Origin: Tubiluchus corallicola
Lineage: Eukaryota > Animalia > Priapulida
Assembly: GCA_030141605.1 (NCBI GenBank)
Contig: JAQGDQ010001441.1
Span: 1-41,061, forward strand
Direction of reading: 5' to 3'
Length of the DNA: 41,061 bases
Below the pieces are notes generated by a model. It searched no databases and was not told the DNA's origin. It was given only the letters and a program-made list of their open reading frames with translations. Positions 34,621-41,061 of the stretch are shown piece by piece. How positions within the stretch are numbered: the stretch's first letter is position 1; every line of letters starts with the position of its first letter. The translations under genes were made by a program, and so were the position numbers.

Positions 34621-35232
34621 CAGTGCTCCCTCATTTATCGCGGGTGTTCCGTTCCAGGCCCACCCACGATAAGTGAATTTCCGCGAAGTAGGGACGCTAT
34701 ATTTATTTTAGTAGTTATACATTATTTTAAGTCTTTATAAACCCTCCCCACACTCTTACACATAACCCTTTCCCATTCCCTTAATAAATTTTCCCATAGT
34801 GTACATGTACCTTTTAAAAAGCTTTCCATAAATCAACCAATTGTGTGTTGTGTACAATCTCACGTCGGCAAGTAGCATCTCAAACGGGCACAAATACTAC
34901 ATTTTGTTTTTGGTGTGTATTCATCCGCCGAATAAATGCACTATTTACTGTAAATGGTAATTCTTTATGATTTATAATATTCTTTTAATGTTAGAATTAA
35001 TATTCTTAATATATTTTTATACATTTTGTGATTTTTTTCATGCAAAATTCATCAAATCCATACATTACTGTACAATACGCATTACGCATGTGCAAAAATA
35101 CTTTACACGGAGTACCGCAAAAACCCGCGAAACAGCGAAAATACCTCGATAAATATTTGCATTGATATTTTTGAAAGCCCGCGAAACGGCGAGTCCGCGA
35201 TAAAAGAATGACGAAGTAGCGAGGGAACACTG
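34621..35232. mobile_element. Tc1/mariner (Tigger/pogo-like) MITE
   Basis: TA|CAGTGCTCCCTC ... GAGGGAACACTG|TA TIRs with TA TSD; subterminal CCGCGA repeats. Confidence 0.88.
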
Positions 35233-35476
35233 TATTTACAATGAAGCTAATGCATGTAATGAATTAACAGACCTATAGAAAAGAAAGAAACAGCAAAAGT
35301 ACGCCTGCTTCTTTTTTGCAGGTCTGTTAATTCATTACATATTTGGCTTTCTTGTAAAAGTATAATTATTAATTAATTAGTTATTTAATTGTTAAATTTG
35401 AATTGATTAAGTAACGGTTGAGTTGTTGCAAGAATCGTGGCCTGCCAAGAATCAAAGCCATAATGAGATCACCCCA

Positions 35477-35802
35477 AAGGCGCGTTCACACTAGCGAGTA
35501 CCCGTCGCGCGTTTTCTCTCTGACAACAAACTCGTAGTGTGGACTGTTTTAGGGGGTTACAGTTGGCAAGATATTGTAAACTCTCCGTCAGTCGTTGCGA
35601 GTTGATTTACTGTCTAGTGTGAACGCCTTGGCTAGCAGTGAATAGAGAAGTGAGTGTCAGCTCGCGCTTACTGTCAGAGAGTAACTCTCAGCAAATTTTG
35701 CTCTCTAGTCTGAACACAATTGCGAGTTACTTGGTAAGTTAGCTTGGCGGAAAATCTCGCTAGTGTGAACACCCTTGCAAGTTACTTATGTCTGAACGCG
35801 CC
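35477..35802. mobile_element. PIF/Harbinger-like MITE
   Basis: GGCGCGTTCACACTAGCGAG at the left; CTCGCTAGTGTGAACACCC (to 35774) and TGAACGCGCC (to 35802) at the right; internal CTAGTGTGAAC copies. TSD unclear. Confidence 0.65.
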
Positions 35803-35856
35803 ATACAATGTGGTATGAATATCAAAATCCCACAATTGAAAAGCCATGAAAAGGAA

Positions 35857-36015
35857 AGAAAGAGAGAGCAGATAGCATTTTGAACTACCAAGTGCTGAAG
35901 CTCTTCTTCAGGGGAACAAAAAAGTTTGAAAAAGTTAAGAAAGAGAGAGCAGGCAGCATTTTGAACTATCAAGTACTGAAGCTCTTCTTCAGGGGAATAA
36001 AAAAGTTTGAAAAAA
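35857..36015. repeat. Tandem duplication, 2 x 81 bp
   Basis: AAGAGAGAGCAG...CTGAAGCTCTTCTTCAGGGGAA.AAAAAAGTTTGAAAAA at ~35860 and 35941. Confidence 0.9.
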
Positions 36016-36221
36016 ATCAAAAGAAATTACTAAAACTACTAAACTAATTTCTTTTATGAGTTTCAAAAACTTATGGTACAAATAACGATAAGCTTCGAAT
36101 GTTTAATTTTATTTGTGCTGTTAAAGAACTGAATTGATTTGAGTCGCGTTTTGTGGACCTGATGGCTTTGTTTTTAGCACGCCCTGTATGCTCGCTTGTT
36201 CATCAAATTGTGTTACCGTAC

Positions 36222-37170
36222 CTGCTTAGTAAGTTGCAAAGTATTGACGTTCTTTCAGTCCTTTGTTTACGATCATTTTCCACTTTAGCAGTACCTTCTT
36301 TCTTAACATTCGATTCTTCTGTCTTACTTTTATCTTTGGAGTTTAAAATTACTTTTCTTAAGGCGACTTTGGGTTGCGATTTTCTTTTTTCAGACTTGTT
36401 AACTCTCTTGGCAGCTGCAGCTACAGCATTGGCTCTCCTTTTTTTAGTTGCAGCTTGGCAACTGGAACTTCCTTTGCCTTTTTTTGCTTCTGCTTTGGAA
36501 CTTCGTCTCGCAGCCGTAGTTGCAGACATAGATCTGTCTCTGATAGTCAATGTTCCAGACGTGGACCTTTCTTTTGCAGACATGGACCTTCCTTTTGCAG
36601 ACATGGACCTTCTTTTTACAGACATGGACCTTCCTTTTGCAGACATGGACATTCCTTTTACAGACTTGGATCTTCCTCTGGCAGTCATGAGAACAACGGC
36701 AGGCTTTCCTTCTTGAGCGGCAATTCTGGACCTCGATCTTCTAATGTTAGTAATAGAACTTCTTCTGTTGGGCACAGTTCTTCTTTGGGCGGCCATAATT
36801 CCAGACTTACGTTTTCCTCTCTTAGCTGAAGAAGTTGAAGATTTGCATCTTCCCCTGTTTGCAACAGCCTTGGATTTGGGTATTACCTTCTTAGATCCAA
36901 CCCTTGATCTGGATCTGAATTTGTTGGACGCGGCTGTAGACATGGACCTCCTTTTGTTACCTCCGGCTGTAAACTTTGATCCTCTTTTGCCAGACGCACT
37001 TTTGCTTTTGCCTTTGGAGAAGCGCTTACTTGATGATTTGAATCGTCTAGACACTGACCTTCCTCTTCTGCTAGATGACATTCCAGATGTGGATCTTCTT
37101 TTTGGTGATTTGCTTCTGTCATCAGTTCTCGTTGACTTTGCTCGGCCATATCTTCTACGCGACTGTGAAC
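36222..37170 (-). CDS. Main exon of Arg/Lys/Ser-rich protamine-like (sperm nuclear basic protein-like) protein
   Basis: The frame of ORF 36203-37081 stays open upstream to acceptor CATTTAAG| at 37171 (adds SQSRRRYGRAKSTRTDDRSKSPKRRSTSG). Very basic, RS/SR dipeptides, heptad RSMSAKG repeats (21 bp, ~36560-36680). Donor AG|GTACGG after 36222. Function inferred from composition. Confidence 0.8.
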
Positions 37171-37529
37171 CTTAAATGAGACATGGTTTGCGTGAACGAT
37201 TTGCAACCACCCGGGTTCGATGCTCGATTTTGGAGTTCTAAGTTATAGAAAATTTTCGGGGAGAATATGTACATCCACACTTCTGCCAGTCCAGTAGCTC
37301 ACCTTAAAGGTATATCCTTGATAAAGAGTCTGCTATTGGGGTTGAAAAACATGGCGTTGAATAGGTCTTGCTATTAAATGCTACTTTCTAGCCTATGTGC
37401 ATTTAAAAGTGGAAGGCAGCTCAAATACAAAAACTCTTTTTAAGGAGAAGAAAATATAATTTTAAAATATGTTTAAAAAACTTTCCATACAAAGTTACGT
37501 TATTTAGCATAACGCTTACCTGTTTGAAA

Positions 37530-37732
37530 TATTTATGTAACTAGAAAAGAAAATTTCTTAGTAAATAAAAATGTTCACACCAACTGGTAAAATATCACTG
37601 ACTCACCTTCCCAGTGTGCACCACTGATTCACCAAAAACACATTACTGATGCTATTGACGACAAGAACTAATTCAAATTTTTGCCTAGTTAGGAAAGAGT
37701 GTCCTACGAATGCTCTGATTATTTTTCAAACT

Positions 37733-37798
<66 letters not shown>

Positions 37799-37900
37799 CA
37801 TTTAAATGGCTGCACCTAGGAGTTTAAATTTAAAAGTTTTATACAGCGTTGCTACTAATGCAAGCTCTGTGTGCAATAAGACAGCATGTAAGAGGTACGA
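37530..37900 (+). mobile_element. Diverged Kolobok-like family A copy containing (AAGT)n at 37733-37797
   Basis: TTATGTAACTAGAAAAGAAAAT, CTGACTCACC, CTACGAATGCTCTG and GGAGTTTAAATTTA...ATACAGCGT are shared with 9036-9340. Confidence 0.7.
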
Positions 37901-37984
37901 ATGTTTTAAATCTATAAAATCTATAAACCTATAATATATGTAAGTCAAGGATTTCTTTAGAAAATATACAAAAGCCATTCTTAC

Positions 37985-37991
37985 TATTCAT
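37985..37991 (-). CDS. Candidate start exon (ATG AAT A|GTAAGA) of the protamine-like gene
   Basis: Phase-1 donor compatible with the 37170 acceptor (gives MNSSQSRRR..., 355 aa in total); lies ~110-200 nt from the RFX/CRE-like cluster. Very short, so chance is possible. Confidence 0.4.
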
Positions 37992-38096
37992 TCTTTATCA
38001 ACGGCTAGCCCTCAAGCTGAGCAATAGGAATACTTTGTATTTTTCCCTGAAATAATTTCTCTGACAGCAAATGGTTGTAGTTTGAGATAACGCAAA

Positions 38097-38276
38097 CTTA
38101 GCAACGCAACTGTTGCTATGGTCATCGCCACCATCTTGTACGTCATCTTCTGTGAGACGGAAAATAGCTAAGAGTCATGACGGTTGCTTGGCGATAAAGT
38201 TTTAAGCAAAGCAGAGTTCGTTTTTACACGTTCTGTGATAAAGCATTGATAATGGGCTGGCGCCATCTAGTAGTAG
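38097..38276. promoter_or_regulatory. Putative promoter cluster: RFX X-box-like, CRE-like and CTCF-like motifs
   Basis: GTTGCTATGGTCAT (38112), GTTGCTTGGCGAT (38183), CTTAGCAAC (38097), TACGTCA (38139), TGGCGCCATCTAGTAG (38258). Confidence 0.5.
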
Positions 38277-38757
38277 AAGCTAAAATCGTATTTGTGCTTT
38301 TTTTAAGTTACATCACGATAGTTTGATATTTTTTACACCTCGGCAAGGTTTTATATTAAATCTTTAAAAATTTGTTTTTAAAATTATGAATATTTAATTT
38401 TAAACTTAACATTACAAATTAGAAAAATAGATCTTGAGTTGCAATAAAAACTATAAAGTATAAAATGCTATAAAATAAGAAAAAAGAGAAGTAAGAGAAA
38501 GAGTAATCTGAACGGTTTCTACGGCTATAAGTGCTTGTATTTTATTGTGTGCTTCCGTGCGGCAAAGAATTTAAAATTAAGATCGTCAAAGTGAAATGTT
38601 AAATGTCGTTTTACTGACCGACCTGTTTAGTGTTCTAATCTGAAAGTCAGTCGAAATATACATAAGAAAATTTCTTATGCGCTGGTTGTAACGAGACCAG
38701 TACCTATTTTTGGTATCTACCTACCACTCTATAAGCTACCTGCCTGTCTACATACTC

Positions 38758-39017
38758 GCCTACCTACCAAACTACCTACCTACCTACTTACCTACCTACC
38801 TACCTACTTACCTACCTACCTACCTACCTACCTACCTACCTACCTACCTACCTACCTACCTACCTGCCTGCCTACCTACCTAACCGCCTACCTACCTACC
38901 TACCTACCTACCTACCTACCTACCTACCTACCTACCTACCTACCTACCTACCTACCTACCTACCTACTTACCTACCTGCCTACCTACCAACCTATCTACC
39001 TATTTACCTACCTACCT
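38758..39017. repeat. (CCTA)n tetranucleotide microsatellite
   Basis: Directly visible. Confidence 0.96.
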
Positions 39018-39492
39018 TATGTCTACCTACATGCTTAAAATAAGAAATCTTTTATGATAATTAACTGCTGTGATTTTGACATTTTAATCTGTTCGTTTTC
39101 TTGCTGGTAGGTGACAGCACGTTACAATAGCTGCTTTCTTGTTCTCTTGGTTAGGTTTGATCTGTTGCCTGCAGAGTACGCTGCATATCTTCTGATGTGA
39201 GCTTTTGCTGGCTTCTCTTTTACCCTTTACTAAGTCAATATTGCATTGTTATTGACGTGCTACGTTTTTTTCTATTTCTTGCTTTTGTTATTTCTAAAGA
39301 ACGTTATTTCAAATGATACTTAACTGATCTCTTACATAACTAAATACTACAAGAAAACACAATAAAACGTTTTCTTGCAATTTTTTTTGGGGGGGGGGGG
39401 CAGTTTGACTTTTTTAATTGAAGCCTAAACAACAGTATTTGTACACAAACAATGTGCTAAACACTGCTATTATTCAAACTGTGATTGAACAC

Positions 39493-39630
39493 CTATCTAT
39501 GCCAGAGTGAGCATTTGGCTTTCGTGGAATAGGTCAACCACCACTGTTCCTCGTCCCGTAACTTCGTAAATAGATGCTGTAGCCACTGTGCCCGGTTAGC
39601 TGCAAGGAGGCATTCTTCTTCTTCTTCATT
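39493..39630 (-). CDS. Possible exon of an unidentified gene (NEEEEECLLAANRAQWLQHLFTKLRDEEQWWLTYSTKAKCSLWHR*)
   Basis: GC-richer island, acceptor CCCATTTCTATTCAG|, open frame to TAG; no recognisable domain. Confidence 0.35.
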   Translation of the reverse strand, partial: NEEEEECLLAANRAQWLQHLFTKLRDEEQWWLTYSTKAKCSLWHR

Positions 39631-39810
39631 CTGAATAGAAATGGGAGCACATTTGGAAAACTGTGCCTTCATGTTAAAGGGAATATATAAACTGATACTC
39701 TTTGAAAACTCGACAATGTTTTTCCCATTGTTGTCGCATCCACACTCCGTTGCTCTAATGTTTACATAGTTCATTGCAATAAGTTGAATATTACATTTGA
39801 CATTTAAAAA

Positions 39811-40329
39811 TTAGTGAGGTGCTGCTTCAGAAAATTTTTAGCCATTGTTTTAATACTGTGTAAAACGAAACTGGCATGTGTAATTTTATTGTTGTTATTT
39901 GTAACTGTAATTTTAAACAAACATACATAAAAAAATTTATACATAAACTTGATAAAATCCTGAACAAAAAATGTTTTGCTTACGAATAACCGTCGCTGTT
40001 CAATAATAGGCTGGTACACGGATTTTAAGCACATGACAACAAACTGTGTGAGCGACAGTACTTTTTCTACCTAGCAGCAGATCCTACTACGCTAGCAGTA
40101 TAGCATACATGGTGTTATCTCAGGCATGTGAGCATGGTCGCATGCGCACAAGAGTCAAAGCCACTACTGTGCTGGGCTGTGAAGCAAACAGTACTACCCT
40201 CACGTGCTCTGGTTCCGTACAAGTATAAACAAAGAGCTAAAAAAGACTTATTACATTGAATATTACCGAAATATTGGGTGAATATAGAGGGTGCTGCTGT
40301 TTCACAGTACCTATACAGGAGCCGCTACT
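39811..40329 (+). mobile_element. Interspersed repeat family C, copy 2
   Basis: Colinear homology with 28667-29198. Confidence 0.7.
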
Positions 40330-40811
40330 ATTACAGTAATGCACTCTTTTTCAACATTGTTGCTCCTTGCCCCATCTATGAAACCAGGGACATTGTCCTT
40401 GGCTCGTTTAGAATGCAGATAAGGTAAAACACGGAGCTAGTTGAGCAAGCGACATTAACAGCATTTACATTACTGAAATCGATGCTGATACTAATCATCG
40501 ACCGATCGATACATTCAAGTATGACAAGACACAGATTTTCAAGGGCCTGCAATGGACTGTCCACTCATGGGTCAGCAAGTGGACGACGAGCATTTGACTG
40601 GTAGTGATTATACAGCAAACGGAAGTAAGTGGCTTCTCTAGGAGTGAAGCCAGACTGTATCGGAATAGAGGATTCAAGGTTCAGACTCTGAAAAGCTGAG
40701 TAAAATGGAAACTTCTTTATGATTAAAAAATTTTGTTAAAGGTTAAAATTAAATTTTAAAATATTGAAAACACTAGGATGACTTCAAATTAAGACGTGCT
40801 CTTTCTGTGAT

Positions 40812-40885
40812 GAGCCAATAGCTGAAGGCATGCAGCGTGCGACTTGTAATCGCAAGATTTGGCGTTCAATTACAGGAATGGTTCA
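40812..40885 (+). pseudogene. tRNA-Thr(TGT)-like pseudogene or tRNA-derived SINE head
   Basis: 74 nt. Acceptor stem GAGCCA/TGGTTC, D stem GCTG/CAGC, anticodon arm TGCGA-CTTGTAA-TCGCA, GTTCAA loop; the T stem does not pair. Confidence 0.5.
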
Positions 40886-41061
40886 CAATTTTTAGCTTAA
40901 TTAATTTTTAGAAATTTTAAAAATGAATTTTAAAAATCCTTTGTTGATTTAATAACTTAAAAATGCATAATAAAAATGTTTGTTTTCAAGAAAAGTAAAG
41001 TTTAACTGGACTATAAAAACTGAAGAATTTAGTTATGTAAGAGATCAGTTAAGTATCATTT

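Noticed and set aside
36153-37206. Overlapping ORFs on the + strand and in an alternative - frame
   Set aside because: Shadows of the low-complexity basic-protein exon.
37303-37352. Alternative first coding exon for the basic protein (MFFNPNSRLFIKDIPL, AG|GTGAGC)
   Set aside because: Its phase-2 donor is incompatible with the phase-1 acceptor at 37170; it could still be non-coding.

Overview
AT-rich eukaryotic (invertebrate-animal-like) genomic DNA with GT-AG introns, many microsatellites, non-autonomous DNA transposons and LINE fragments. All gene models were spliced by hand and are predictions. Four genes are supported. (1) A + strand ankyrin-repeat/Mab-21 (cGAS-like receptor, cGLR) fusion with an apparently intact nucleotidyltransferase triad: one 1887-nt exon at 5426-7312 plus two small 3' exons. 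Its stop codon lies in the first unit of a 14 x 58-bp tandem array. (2) A + strand secreted two-Kunitz-domain protein (23942-27525) with one non-canonical domain and a dibasic-site tail. (3) A - strand single-coding-exon secreted Cys-rich protein with discoidin/F5-8C-like motifs (30610-31308). (4) A - strand Arg/Lys/Ser-rich protamine-like protein (33467-37991) behind RFX/CRE-like motifs. The most striking architecture is around the ANK-cGLR exon. It is a stop-free phase 0/0 exon, bracketed by two direct copies of a hAT-type MITE and, further out, by a ~510-bp inverted pair of TTAA (Kolobok-like) elements. This suggests testable ideas: self-dsRNA, an endlessly open circRNA, or composite-transposon exon mobilisation. 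No prokaryotic system or true CRISPR array is supported.
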